Origin: Cycas panzhihuaensis
Taxonomy: Eukaryota > Plantae > Cycadophyta
Length of the DNA: 64,000 nucleotides
NCBI GenBank assembly: GCA_023213395.1
Contig: CM041465.1
Coordinates: 187,805,741-187,869,740 of the forward strand
Direction of reading: 5' to 3'
The notes beneath the pieces are model-generated. The model worked only from the letters and a program-made list of their open reading frames with translations. It did no database searches and was not told the origin of the DNA. Made by a program: the position numbers and the translations under genes. Shown piece by piece: positions 13,432 through 27,770 of this stretch (position 1 is its first letter; every line of letters starts with the position of its first letter).

Positions 13432-15569
13432 AGCATAAACTTCACTATAGCAAAAATCACAGAAGAACTCTAAAAAAGGACTCTCTAAAATACTATCCTT
13501 TTGCTCCTAGCCTAGCCATATCACTAAGATTTATTCAGATTGAAGAATAATCAAAATCATAAATCATACCATGGTTTTTGGCCATGAATTAATTGACTTC
13601 CACTAATAAAAATCTTTGCATGGATAGGATTTAGAAGGTTAGGAGGCGATTAGAATGGGTAAGACAATAGATTGCTTTGATTTTGAACTATTAGAACTGA
13701 GAAAATCATGAAAATTAGTGTTTTCTATCAAATGCTATAAATAACATAGTAAAAAATATGGTTTCCTTAATAAAATATGATTGTCATATTTTATTAAGAG
13801 AGTCACATTTTTAGACCCACCAAAAATGTGATTTATAACAATTGAGAAAATACACAAAAAAAAAAAATTTAATCATTATCCTAAAAAAATAAACTTTCTA
13901 AAGGATATTAATTCTAGGAACATACTATCCAAGTCATAATCACTATAATTCAAAGCCAAAAAGAGTTAAAATAGGTCAAAAATTAACTAAAAACTAGAGA
14001 AACAATAAACAAGAATTAACACAATAAAAGGAGGACTTAGATGAGATAAGATTCACATTGAGAAGAAGGTATAAAATGCACCATAGTCTCAATCATCAAT
14101 AATGAAATAATTATCATCACACATAATGAATCATCCAATCATTCTATAATCATAAACCACATAATAAAATAGTAAACATTACTAAATTTATGGTCAAATC
14201 ATGAAATGATGCATTAAAAGCAAACCACTAACCATTCACTTTATCAAAGAAATGTCCATATACCTATGAAAGAAAATCATCTTCAATTGGTTTTAAAGAG
14301 AGCAACCGAAAGATGAACCTAATCATGTCAAGAGATTGGATTATGGTGAAATAGTCTCATCAAAATATAAGGCCCAAATTTAGGTGAGATTGTCCTTTTC
14401 AATTTGATACTCTTACTCCTCCCTGGTAGGTAATCTCTTTTCTACACCAAAGAAGATAGCATAAGTACCTAAACCACTAGGGTTAAAAGAACCCCTTGTA
14501 AATATCACTCACTTTGCCTACATATGGTCTGTATAATTGACTTTTATAAGGAAGGTCATGAAATTTCTTTTAATTAGGAACAAGATTATTTCCATTCTAT
14601 TAGAGTGCTTGGAGAAATTGTGTACATTTAATAAACAATAAATATTAAATGTAAATTTAGATTTGAGTAAACAAACATAAAATTCATACATAATTGTACA
14701 TCATATTAAACAAGTGGAAAGTCCTTTAGGATGTAAAAATCACCTCAAAAATAATAGTAAAAATATTATCAAAATGTATCATACAATAATAATCTAACCT
14801 CCAACATCTCATTTTCATATAGGAGAGGATAATACATATATCTATTAGATAGATAATAACCTATCAATAGATTTCATAATTAGTTGGCTATTAACTTCAT
14901 TATTTTAATAATTGACTTTTATAAAGTTTCATTATAACATAACATTCAATATAGCATCAAAACATAGCAACATAATATTAGAACACATACTAGTTGACAT
15001 TATATGTTTTAGCATCCCTCGTTAATGTTGATTTAAAGAATGTATAAACTTGTCAAAGATTTCAATATGTGAGTATAGAGAGTTGAAGAAGATTTTAGTA
15101 TATTGATCCCCCTTTTAAAATTAGAGGTTCATTTATGTAAATATGAAATGATATTAAGATGTGTTTTCATAACATTGATGAGCTTATAAGCACAGATGCA
15201 AAATCATTATGAGATCTAATTAAATCATATTGGAGGGGTTGGGAAGTATGGACACAAAATAGGTTTAAGAAGAATTAATGAAATGTATATTGACAGACTC
15301 AAAATAATAATGTGATTTGATTTAATGAGATTAAGGGTCAAGGGGGTAGGGGGGAAGTGCAAGGTTGAACCCAAAATTAGACTAAATGGATTGTAATAAA
15401 GTCCATCATTGATTTTAAAGGAGATTAGACAATGGAGTTTGATTGAGATTTTATTGACATAAAACACAAAATATTTTAGGTTATTATCATTTTTCTCATA
15501 TATTTTACAAGTCCACAATGATGGTTGAATGAAAAAGGTCAATGGCAAGTAAATTAGATTTATCATAAG

Positions 15570-15972
15570 TGTTAGAATTATATCCTAATGTTATGCTTTT
15601 ATTCATTATGTATTTAATTAGTTTAATAGGTTATTACAAAAGTTCAGTGAATTAGCCAACTATCTAATTCAATGAACTTTTCACCCTTAATTATTCCAAA
15701 ATCATTCATTCAAGGCTGCTAGAATGTTGGGGAGTATGGTTGGTTTTGTTACATAGGTAGAAGGTTAAAGAGAGGGAGGATGAGATCCTCAACCATCTCT
15801 ATTGTATCATCTCACATATTGTTATAATATTATATTTATTTTTGAGGTGGTTTTTAATCCCCCAAAGGGGTTTTCCACTTGTCAGATTTGATGTAATTGT
15901 GAGTGTTTATGGTATAAAACATTTTGACTCCTTTTGTGTAAAGTTCTCTAATGTATCCTCATGATCCCATTA
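15570..15972 (+). repeat. 5' LTR of Copia 15570-22327
   Basis: Direct repeat of 21925-22327; terminal CA mutated to TA. Confidence 0.92.
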
Positions 15973-17699
15973 TGGTATTACAGCAGGACAATGTGATTGA
16001 TCTTGCTCAATAGATCAAATATTTTTTTGTTTGCTTATGAGAGTGTGAAAGTTACCCATTGTGTCAAATAGACCACCAACAATTGTGAGGAGGAAACTGC
16101 TGAGTTGAAACCCTTATTTGTGGTTGTCCATATTATAGGTCTATATTACCATTCCCATATCTTCCATTTATATAAAAGTTTATAAGGCAAAGGAAGCTTA
16201 ATCCAAAATCAAAGGGAGAGAAAAAAAATGGAGATAATGTTTAATAATTACAATAATCCATCAATGGAATAACATCTGAGACACCCAACAGAGGGAGATT
16301 AGACACCATAGTCTAGCCACCACTCTATATTAAAGGAACACATATGAAGAAATGCTCCTACGTATACAAAATCCTGACTCCTAAAATGAATGCAAATGAA
16401 GAAATGCTCCTATGAAAGACGAAGAAAGCCCTTGCACTCAAGCAGTCCACCTGCCATTTAGCCACTCAAGTAGTCCACCTGTTGCAGCCATGTCTAAATA
16501 ATGCACAGCCAGTAGATGCCAAAATTACTAAGATGTAGAGTCAGAAGAGACACCATCATTTCTCTCCATTCTGCATACAAAGACGTAGATACCCACAGCA
16601 CATAGATGCATGTACCAATCACACATGCAAATCTCCAGATGAAGATAAAGGAATGTAAATGAATGCCTACCACCATCGCAACCCCTACATACTATAAAAT
16701 GCTTCAAAACCCTAACATTTAGGGATAAAATATGATTGTTATTCAATTTTTTACATTTAGGTAGACCTCAAATGTTAATATAATATCAATTTTTTTTTTT
16801 TTTTTTTGTCAAGAGTTTATTAAATCTGATTTATTTATATTTTGGTCCATTATCCCCCTGACCCACTAGCCCCTGGTCACATCGGTCTATAATATGACCT
16901 TGATCTCATCATCAAAGGGGCTTAAATTCTAAACTTATTTTTTATTTTTTAAATTTAAAAAAAGGTACCTATGCTTTTTTCCTATAACTTCCTCATATGG
17001 AGTCAGAATTTAATTTTGAAAGATACATCAGAATCCTGATTTAGACATAGATATTTTGACTAGTCTTTCAAGCTTATTAGATGCCATTTTGATCAAAAAA
17101 TATTCACTTAAATTTAAGTATTTTATCTTAACCTGGTAAGTTTAAGTACGTGACTCTAATCCATAATTTTCTTTACATTTTATTTACATTATTGCTTTAA
17201 TCTAATATACATTTACTTATTTTTTAAATTTATCAATTAATTATATCATTTTCTTGTATATTTTAATAAATTCATGAAATTTATTAATTAAATAATTAAA
17301 TCACTATTTCACTATTTTTTATGCAAATGATATTATAAACATGCAAATACTTACATGTTTCATTTAATTTATGATTTATTTTAAGTCACAAACATGCAAC
17401 TGTCATATGCTTGATTATTTTTCTCAAATATTTGATTTAAAATCTAATATTTCTTGACCAATGATTATTAAACTTTTAATGTGAATGAAATTATTTTTTA
17501 CTAGTGGCAAATTAACCTAAATTTACCTTTAATTTCATGTTTAGTGGCTATTAATGTTTATGAGTTTAATCTTGTGACTCACTCTCTTTATTAATTCGCC
17601 TACATAAATTTTAGTCAAACTTGTAATAACCTCTTCTAATTTTTTTTTCCCAAGAGGATCTCTAATCATTAATTTGTTCCTAATATGGAACTCATGCTA

Positions 17700-20600
17700 T
17701 GGACAACCTCTTGTGTACCAATTCTAATATTAACTGGCTCAAATTATGCTAACTAGAGAAATAGAATATCCCATCAACTTAAACAACAAAAGCTATGGTA
17801 ATATGTCATAGGTGAGTTTCCAAAACCTAAAGACGAAACATCAAAAGCTTATATAGTGTATCTGAAGAACTATGATAGAGCCATAGATACCATTCTAACC
17901 TCCCTCTCCCTATATATTAGCAAGTAGTTCTCTAATATAGATGTTCTTACCACTATCTGGAAGACTCTTAAGGAAAAGTACAATAAGGTTGATACACAAC
18001 AGTTAGCTATTTTAGAATAATAAATGTACAATCTGTATTATGAAGATTTTCCTAAAGTTGAAGATTTCTTATCAAAACTTCAATTCATTAACAAAGACCT
18101 AGTAATTTATATCAAATCTTCTATAAAAGTAGGTGATAAAGGGTCACTATAACACATATAAAAGACGATGATACACTCGTCTATCTTACAATCAATAAAC
18201 TTTTGAAATATTTTAATCTTTTCAAAACTGCTAGGCAATAAGTAGGACATCCACTAATTACCTTTGATCAATTAATGAATCAGCTAGTTAAACATCAAAA
18301 CATATTGATTTAGACTATAAAACTTAAAGATCCTTTGTAGGCTCTTTTTTCCAAGTCATAACTAATTACTAAATCTAAACATCAAAATAATCATCATAAT
18401 CATCCCAAATTCTAAAAACCTCATAAAGGTTCATCTACTCTAAACAATCCTCATCATAACACTAAGTATTCTGGATTACTTAAATCTTAGAGTACCTCTA
18501 AGTAGTCATTCCCAAAAAGGAATATTGTCAATTCTAATCCTAATTATCACAAAAAGAGGCACACTATTGATGTCTATAATAATAGAATTACCTCTGAAGC
18601 CTAGAAAACTTCTAAGGGGATCCAATCATGATACCATAATTCTAACCATTCCCTAAACACTTCCACATCAGCTTTTTTAGTACCAACCACTCAACCAGCT
18701 TTGTGGATTCTCGATTCTACTGCTTCCCATCACATGATGGAACACCAAGAATACCTCACTTCATACCAGTCTGATCTAAACTTCAAAGAAGAAATATCTT
18801 TTAGGAGTGGACCCCAACTTAAAGTCAAAGGAATAGGTGATGTTGTTTTGAAATATAGTTTAATTAAGGATGTATTCTACATTCCTAGCTTATTAACTAA
18901 TCTTCTCTCAGTATACCAAATCTGCTAAAAATACCTTATTATAGAATTTTGAAAAGATAAGTTTATTATTAAACAAACATCAAATAACTTTAAATCGATT
19001 GCCTAAGAACATGCAGATCACAAAATAGGTCTTTACAAATTAACAAATCTCTAGCATTCTAAAACAAAAAAATTTAGTGCTTTTATATCCAAATCTGACC
19101 CAGTTAGTAAGTTTTGGCATGCTTAATTTAGCCATACGAGTTATGGAAAACTATAGTACCTAAGTAAGCATGATATGGTTAATATCTTACCTACATTAAA
19201 AACTATCTATGGTGTTTGTGAAGCATATGTCATAGGTAAATAGCACATAGATATTTTTCCAAATTATACTACCTTTTAAGCAAAGGCTCAATTTAAACTT
19301 ATTCATTCTGATATTTGCGGCCCATTCCAAGTACCTATGTACTCTAGAAGCATATATTTGTCATATTTATTAATGATTTCTTTAGAAAATATTGGGTATA
19401 TATGCTAAAAACAAGAATTCAAGTATTTGACATCTTTGTTGAATTTAAAACCTTAGTGAAAAACCAAACAAACACTAAAATCAAAATCTTCAGAACCAAT
19501 AATGCTAAGGAATACTTAAGTAATAAATTTACTACATACTACAAAATACATGGAATACTATTTCAACATTCTGTAGCATATACTCCTCAATAAAACAGTA
19601 TTGTTAAATGCAAAAATCGTTCTCTTATTGAGATGATCAGATGTATGTTATATGCAAAATGTCTTGACTTAAAGTTGTGGGTAGAAGCTATTGCTTATTT
19701 CAACTATTTATTAAATCACTTACCATGCAAATTTCTATATAATATTATGCCAAAACAAAAATGGTCTAGGCATAAACCTTCTATTAAGCATTTAAGAATT
19801 TTTGGAAACATTGCCTAGGGGTATGTTCTCAAAGAAAAATAATAGAAACTTGATCCTAAAAGTTTCAAATACATATTTGTTAGTTACAGCAAAGAATGTA
19901 AAGCTTATAAACTTTTAAATCCAACCATGCATAAGATTTCAATCATGTGTAAGGTTATATTTGATGAAGAAGGTTCTACATCAAAAACTTCTTATGTTGA
20001 ACTACCTGTTGAAAACTTGTTAACTAATACTCACTTAATTGATCCCAGTGACATACAAGTTGATCCTAAATCAATTGAGTCTTTATCTACTCAAGTCTAA
20101 AACTAGACATTAAATGAACTAACTACCTCAATTCATTTAGTCAGCCTACTTCTCTAAAATAACAACCCAACAATAACAAATACCCTATTTTGGCTTAGAA
20201 AACTCTTTCTGATGCCAGTTCTAATGCTGGTAATCCTTTGGATACTAGAAAAATTCGTTCCCAGAAACTACAAGCTAATTTTACCTTAATGACCAAAGTC
20301 ATAGCCAGTGATGACCCTAAAACCTTTAAATAAGCAAGTAACAATCCCATATGATAGCAATCTATGCAAGTTGAAATAGATGCTCTTAAAAAAAACTCAA
20401 CTTAGGATTTAATTACTTTGCCTCTTAAAAAGAATTTGGTAGATGGTAAATGGGTTTATTGAACCAAGTTCAACTCTAAAGGAGTAGTTGAAAAACATAA
20501 AGCTCGTTTAGTAGTAAAAGGTGTTTCATAAATTGATGGTATTGATTATACTAAAACCTTTGCTTCTATAGCTAAAATGAACATCATTAAAACCATCATA

Positions 20601-21850
20601 GCTCTTGCAGCAAAATTTGGTTAGGAAATTCATCAGATGGATATTAAGAGCGCCTTCTTAAATGACAATCTTAAAGAAGAAATCTACATGAATTAAGCTC
20701 TTAGTTTTGTTTGTAACCCTAACCTTGTTTGTAAGTTAAGAAAATCTATCTATGGCCTAAAACAATCTCCTCGAGCTTAGTACATAAATATAGATAATTA
20801 TCTTACATAAAATGGATACATTAAGTGTATTAGTGATCCTAATATTTACTTTATATGTGAAAATGACAATATTACCATCTTAATTCTCTATGTAGATGAT
20901 ATAATTATTACTAGATCCTTACTCTCTAGTATTCATCAATTAAAATCAATCTTAATAAATAAATTTAAAATGACTAACTTAACTCTTTTATGCTATTTTC
21001 TAGGATTACAAATCTATCAAACTAATTCTAAAATAATGATATCTCAACCTAAATATATTCTATACTTAATTAAAAGGTTTAACATGGATAATGTTAGACT
21101 AGCTTCAAATCCTTTACAATCAATTATAAAGTTATACATTGATTGTCCCACACTACCTTGTGATCCTATGGCATATCGATAGTTCATAAGCAGCCTCATT
21201 TACCTAACTCACACCCACCTAGATATCTCTTATGTTATTGCTTTATGCTGCAGATACATGTATAAACCTCACGAGTCTCACTGGAAATCAACTAAATGGC
21301 TTTTAAGATGCCTATAGTGTACAACATTCTATGGCCCAACCTACAACTCTTACAACACTAACCTAAAATTAACAAGTTTTACAGACTCAAATTGAGCAGG
21401 AGATTCTAATGATTGTAAATCTACAGCCTTTTATGTTTTCTTTTTAAACTCTTCACTAATTACTTAGTCTAACAAAAGGATGCAAGCCTTAACCTTATCC
21501 ACAATTGAAGTTAAATATCGAGCTCTTATTGAAGCTAGTAAAGAATCACTCTGGATTAAATCTCTATTAAGCAAGCTTAGTTTATTTCCTAACTCATCCA
21601 TTGTACTTTATACTGATAATCAATGTGTCATATCTATTGCTACTAATCTTGTTGCACATTTAAAGACAAAACATATAGAACTACATCAACATTTTATACA
21701 AAATCTTGTAAATGATAAAACTATTCACTTATCTTATTATCCTATAGATTTACAGATTATAGATATTCTTATAAAGTTGTTAACAAAAGTTAAGTTCTAA
21801 AAGCTTAGAGATTTATTGAACATTAAAGAAGTCTCCATCAAAGGGGGATT
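17700..21850 (+). pseudogene. Copia gag-pol pseudogene
   Basis: LTGSNYAN*R gag start; WILDSTASHHM protease; IKIFRTNNAKEY..YTPQ integrase; HQMDIKSAFL and LYVDDII RT; TKHIELHQHF RNase H. Boundaries approximate. Confidence 0.9.
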
Positions 21851-21924
21851 AACATGTTGAAGTCTTCTTCATTTTCTTTATCTTCTATATTATATATTAT
21901 ACAAAAGATAATATTAAAGGGGGA

Positions 21925-22327
21925 TGTTAGAATTATATCTTAATGTTATGCTTTTATTCATTATGTATTTAATTAGTTTAATAGGTTATTACAAAAGTTC
22001 AGTGAATTGGCCAATTGTCCAATTCAATGAACTTTTCTCCCTTAATTATTCTAGAATCATTCATTCAAGGTTGTTGGAATGTTAGGGAGCATGGTTAGTT
22101 TTATTACATAGGTAGAAGGTTAAAGAGAGGGAGGATGAGATCCTCAACCATCTCCACTATATCATCTCATATATTGTTATAATATTATATTTATTTTTGA
22201 GGTGGTTTTTTATCCCCCAAAGAGGTTTTCCACCTATAAGATCTGGTGTAATTATGAGTGTTTATGGTATGAAGCATTTTGTCTCCTTTTGTGCAAAGTT
22301 CTCTGATGTACCCTCATGATCCCATCA
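21925..22327 (+). repeat. 3' LTR of Copia 15570-22327
   Basis: TG...CA after PPT aaaggggga. Confidence 0.92.
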
Positions 22328-23619
22328 GCAAGTTAGTGAGTATAAGAAATCAAGTGGTGATCAACATTCAAGTTATGACAATTAGCATACAAAGTTAAAA
22401 GGTCAACAATAATGGAAGGTGCTAAGGGATGAAGTTCACTTGTATTTATCACACTTTCATAAAGCTTATGTTGGAGGTCTACTTAGAATATGGGAGGTTG
22501 AGTAATCGCTTTAATGTAGAGCTAAAGGACAGTGACCATCAATGACAAATGGAGATCAAACAATGAAGGTATAATAAAGTTTATCACTTATAAAAGATAG
22601 AATTTTTAGTATATTAATCTCATTTATACAGGTTAATAGTGAAGATCAAAGGCATGCAATGTATACTGCAATTTACTATTCTTAATATGAAATGAAAATC
22701 AAATGATAATTAATGATACACAAAAATCAAGGATATAATGAAGAAAACCAATCTAAAATAAAGAATGGAATATGGAGGGTTATTGTGCCCAAGATAAAAT
22801 GAAAGAGTTTTGAGAAGGTTGTTTAACTACGGTTACATCCCTACATTTTTTATTTTATATTTCTACATAGTATTGTAGTTTGCTTTAGGATTAATAAACA
22901 TACAAGTAAGCTTGTAAATGCCTTCTTATGTAAGGAAAAACAAAAATTTACTATGTATTTTCTTATTAGAAGAAAGAAAATAAATATTTTTCTTTAAAAT
23001 ATTATAATATATTTACAAAAAAAATGTTATTATTCCCATTTTTTATGTTTTTAGTTTAATAGATCAAACTTGAATTGAAAGTCTTCTTGTAAAATAATGT
23101 TAAAAGTATTTTTGTTGCTGCATAAACTAAAAACTTATCATATTATTTTTAGATGATAAATTTAATTTTAAATTCATAAATGAATGAATTCAAAAAAAAA
23201 AAATCTAATACCTAAGAATATTATGTACATTCTTAGATGACTACCATATTAAATCTGGTGACTATATCTCTACTCTAATACCATGTTGGAGTGTTTAGAG
23301 AAATTGCATATATTTAATAAACAATAAATACTAAATACAAATTTAGATATGAGCTTTCACTACTATTAGCCTTCTACTAATGGCCCAAGATTCTTATATG
23401 GGTGTACCTCTATAAGATGAATACCTCAAAGAGATAGCACACCATTAGACTGTACACATAGATGAATATAAGGATGGAAGGAGAGATGGAAAGAAGGAAA
23501 GCAAAACTTTAGAAGAATAAAGCATACCATTTAAGCTAAGCAAAAGTTAAATCTTTATTTGTTTGCCTTTCTTCATTTTGCTCACCTTCTTATTCATCTA
23601 TTAGAGACCATGGCATTAA

Positions 23620-23707
23620 TACATTCAACTACTCAACTAGTGAGTAATGAGGGTGATTGCCATATTCTACATTCAACTACTCAACTAGTAAGTAATGAGG
23701 GTGATTG
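23620..23707 (+). repeat. Tandem duplication, 49-bp period (TACATTCAACTACTCAACTAGTRAGTAATGAGGGTGATTG)
   Basis: Two near-identical copies; seen in the ORF track as repeated HSTTQLVSNEGD. Confidence 0.85.
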
Positions 23708-26700
23708 GAAAAATTACATTGGATGTATTAAGTTTGAGTCAACCCACTACTTAATTAGCTAACCTACTCTTTAAACAACTAATTTTTAAAATCTTAATAA
23801 CTAGTTCACTAAGTACATAATACTAGGCCCATCCTAGTGCTTCTCCAACCTAATTTTGACCTACTTATATGATCCCTCTACTATGTTCTTCAATTCCTAT
23901 TAAAATTGAGGGATCAACTAAGAACTGGGAAGCTATATATTGGCCTCTAGCATGTATACCTTCTTTTCAATTATGATTAATCTACTTCTTTCTTTATTTA
24001 TCAAGCATTTAAGGCCTATATGTTGGAAAGCTCAATGGCACATCTATAAAGCCCATGTATTGGGATTAATATCCTAATCAAAAGAAAACTCATTCAATGC
24101 CTCTTTTGTTTTAGACTCTAAATTCTTAATGAATTTCCTCTTACTAAGGAGTTTCTCCTCCTCTAGAGAATGGAGAGTACGGTCCTCTATTAGGGAGATT
24201 AACTTAACATACAAAGGTTCTACTAGATAATTTTCCAACTCCTTCATCTCTCTTATCACTCTTCTAGCCCTAGTTATGTTTACCCCTAATATATGTTCCC
24301 ACCTTTAAATAAATAACTTTGTTATACTCCCTTAAGCACCAAGTATGACCACCCTTTACTTAAAACTTTTAAACAAGACTAACTCCTTTAATTCTTATTA
24401 CAAAGCAACATGTATTCTATTAGAGATTTATTTAACTTTGTCTAGCCTACACTTGAGCTTAAATAGTAGGTCTATAAAATACCATAACTTAGGTGTCATT
24501 TATTTGCCTTCTTTAATGTGCATTTCTATTATGGCTTCCATTACCTACATAACCTTTTCTCCTTAGTTGCAAAGCTTTGTATCTTTGTTACTTACTCAAC
24601 AACTCCTAATTATAAAGGTTGTATAACCAACTTTTTTCATAGTTGATTTAAATAATTTATCCTTTCATTTAAGGCTAGGTTTTTAATTCTTAGGGCTTTG
24701 TTCTCCTCCATCATGCTTGGAAAATGTGATTAAAGGGAATTGACCTTATCTTTTATCATTTCCCCTATAGCCATGTGTAATCCCCATAGACTTAGCTATT
24801 AAACCCTCTCTTAAAAATCACAAAATGGCCTTCACCTACATTTTACCCTTAACCATAGCTTTTTGCAGCAATTTATCATCTATTTTCCACTAATAGAATC
24901 ATTCTTTAGTTATTTCATTAAAGGTTAATTCTTGGGCCTTTTGGGGGCTAACCGTCAAGCTTTGATCTATTCCTTAACCTAAGGATCTAATGTAAATAAT
25001 TTCTCTTCTCTCTCTCCCTAGATTTAATTAAATTATGTTCATTGTTGGGCCCTATCATTAGTTATTTGCACTACTTGTGTCACCTATAATGTTATTTATT
25101 TTTGTATTTTTAAGGGAGACTAACCTAATTCCTCTACTATCTCCTCAAGTTATATGCCTTCATAGGTATAGGTATCTCCTTGTTATGGATTCTCCTAAGT
25201 AAGGGCCTCCACCTACTTTATAGCTATCTACTCTAGAGGTATTGGATTGGCCAGCACATCTGCCTATCCTATGGTTGTAGCTACTTCAAAAATGGGAATA
25301 TTCAAGCCCACAACAACTATTAATATTAGTGCCTTACTGAAGTAGTCAACATTATTCTCAACTACCATATTAGTCACTTTTAGGATGATTGATATATTTA
25401 TTTACTCCTTTACTTGACTGCTCATTAGTATAGCATAGCTAGGTCCTAACTTTTCTATTATATTGCCTCTTCTACTATCAACAATGGTAATTAGAGAGGC
25501 TTCATGTAGTACCTTCTTTCCTTGTATGAACCTCACCTTTTTAGGTCCAATCTATAATGCTTATAGAGAGGATGAAAAGGGCATTAACTCTGACCTAAAT
25601 AATGATGCCAACTAAGAAGTAGCTTATGGTGCAAGATGTATCACAACTAGGACTATAATTTATGGAATGACTAATAATGTTATTAGTGATCTCTAGAGTC
25701 TTACTACTCAAGGATGAGAAGATAAAGCTTTTCTTTTATGACTAGTTATTTGGCTAGGAGCTCTTAATCTTTTATCAGAGATAAGTAAATTATATTTTAA
25801 TAGATAATTATTTCTTATGTTATTTATAATTGGCCTTTCAATGCTCCATAAATTAGGAAGGTAGGTAATACTTATCTCATCAAATTCCATAGGATAATAT
25901 ATATGATTGATTGTGCAAATATATATTTTATTCTTAGGGTTCCTATATCCTTTTAGACCATTAGCCTTATGCTACTAATAGGGCATTTACATGCTTGCTA
26001 AATAATGACCCATTACCCAATCTAGATCATAGTATCTCTATAGAGTTTTCTTCAACTTACATGTAAGTAATGGGAAACATATTTTATCAATGTTTATCTA
26101 CCTCATTACTCCTTAATATCCCATCTATACTAGCCTTATCTAAAAGGCATCTTCTTTAGCTTATGGTATAACTTGACCCTAATTAGTGATAACTATTACC
26201 ATACCTCCATGAAACAAAGCTTTGTAGGAGGATATTTAGGCAAATATAGGGTATATCCTTAGTAACCATTTAACCAGATGGTACAAAATTCTTAAAATAA
26301 ATAAAATTCACCATTTCTTTTCTCATATATCCTCAAGAGACACATTTTGGCCTCTTCATCTATTTTCAAGGGTAGATAAATGAACTTTCACATAATATAT
26401 AAAAAATCATTTGTTAATTCATATAGAAATGATGGGGCATTTCACACCCATGCCTTTGAAAATTTTGATGTAATTAGAATATGATTACCAAACATCTCTT
26501 TGTCTGAATAAAAATGCTAAAATTTTCTTCTTCTAATAATCACATATATTAAGTATGCTAATATGTGGACTTTATTGCCAATATTCACCTCCTTTAGTTG
26601 TTCAACGAGCTTATCACTAATTATTATTGCCTAATCCAAGACTTGATCAGTTTTTTGGATCTAGTATATTATTTATGCATGTAATAAATCTAACTTTAAA

Positions 26701-27419
26701 TCATCCTTATGGCTAAATACCTTAGTCAAAAAGGAAATCTAAAGGTGAATATAATTAACAAATGTTTAAGAAGGGATGCTCTTTCTCTTTTGATTATACT
26801 TAGGCTACTTGATCATCTAGCTAGCTATTGCCTTACCCAACTCCTTATCCTTTTTCATGGACTACTCAAGACAAATTTTATCATAAGTTATTATAGGTAG
26901 AGGAAAGAAAAAATTCTTCAAAAATTATCAGGTGAAATATCACAAATTACTTGGTCTTTTGATTTAACAATGATCCTATCTTTTAGCTTAAGATGTTGAG
27001 AAAGTAAGAATACTGACTCAAGATATCTAAAGATTAGAGGAGCCATGCTTGCCATAAATCACTTTGTGAATCCTTCTCTATTTCAAAAATATCCAAATCT
27101 CACATCTTGTAACTAGTCACAATATCGTAAATGATCAATATATTAATAATATATTGAAACTTAAAATGAAACTATAAATGTAATATAAGCTTAAACACTT
27201 GACTTCTTTTGCCTTTTAACACTTCTACATTAGTAATCACTCTATTCTATAGTATTGAATTTCATTAAGAATAATGTATAATATGAAAGAGAGGAAATTG
27301 GACTTCAATAGACAAATACTTATAAGACTATGATCTTTTATGTACTTGAGCCTTAATGGAGCCTTTATTATCCTATTAAGTTAAAAATTAATGTATTTAA
27401 GTACCATCACTTCTTTACG

Positions 27420-27770
27420 ACCTCATGACTCATAAGAGTCTTAGAATTGTAATCAATCTTGCCCTTTTACCCTATTTGTGAGCTCATCAACTGAGAAGTA
27501 TTTAAATGGTTACCATGTGTCCTCCATCATATGGTTTTAATTCATTCACCCTACCATAAGTCTTTGTCTATTATAATCACCATACATTCTATTAGTCCCT
27601 ATATCTAAAGGTTAATCTTACCTTATGCCTCATAATCTCATAGATGTCTTTGAATTGTAATCAAAATCTCCTACTCACTCAATTATAAACTCATTAATCA
27701 TGAGATGTTTAATTAGTCACAATATGGCATTTATTATACTATCCTAATTCATTCTTCTCATAATAGACTC
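27420..27770. repeat. Degenerate tandem repeat, ~207-bp period, two copies
   Basis: tcata.a.gtctt.gaattgtaatcaa...taattcattc recurs at ~27431 and ~27638. Confidence 0.5.

Larger units (their letters stand above)
15570..22327 (+). mobile_element. Full-length decayed Ty1/Copia LTR retrotransposon with ~1.7-kb 5' leader
   Basis: 403-bp LTRs 15570-15972 and 21925-22327; PBS tggtattacagc 15973-15984; PPT 21916-21924; decayed TSD ataag/gcaag. Confidence 0.93.
14598..23353 (-). mobile_element. Old, internally deleted Copia-type element (host of Copia 15570-22327); 3' LTR ~14598-15014, truncated 5' LTR 23284-23353
   Basis: 14598-14668 aligns with 23284-23353; PBS (reverse complement actctaatacca) 23272-23283; PPT-like tccctcgttaatg at 15015; LTR motif and 3' UTR homologous to the nested element. 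TSD not checkable. Confidence 0.6.

Noticed and set aside
16789-16807. Poly(T) run as a SINE or retrocopy tail
   Set aside because: No TSD or Pol III A/B boxes found; more likely a homopolymer expansion in the Copia leader.
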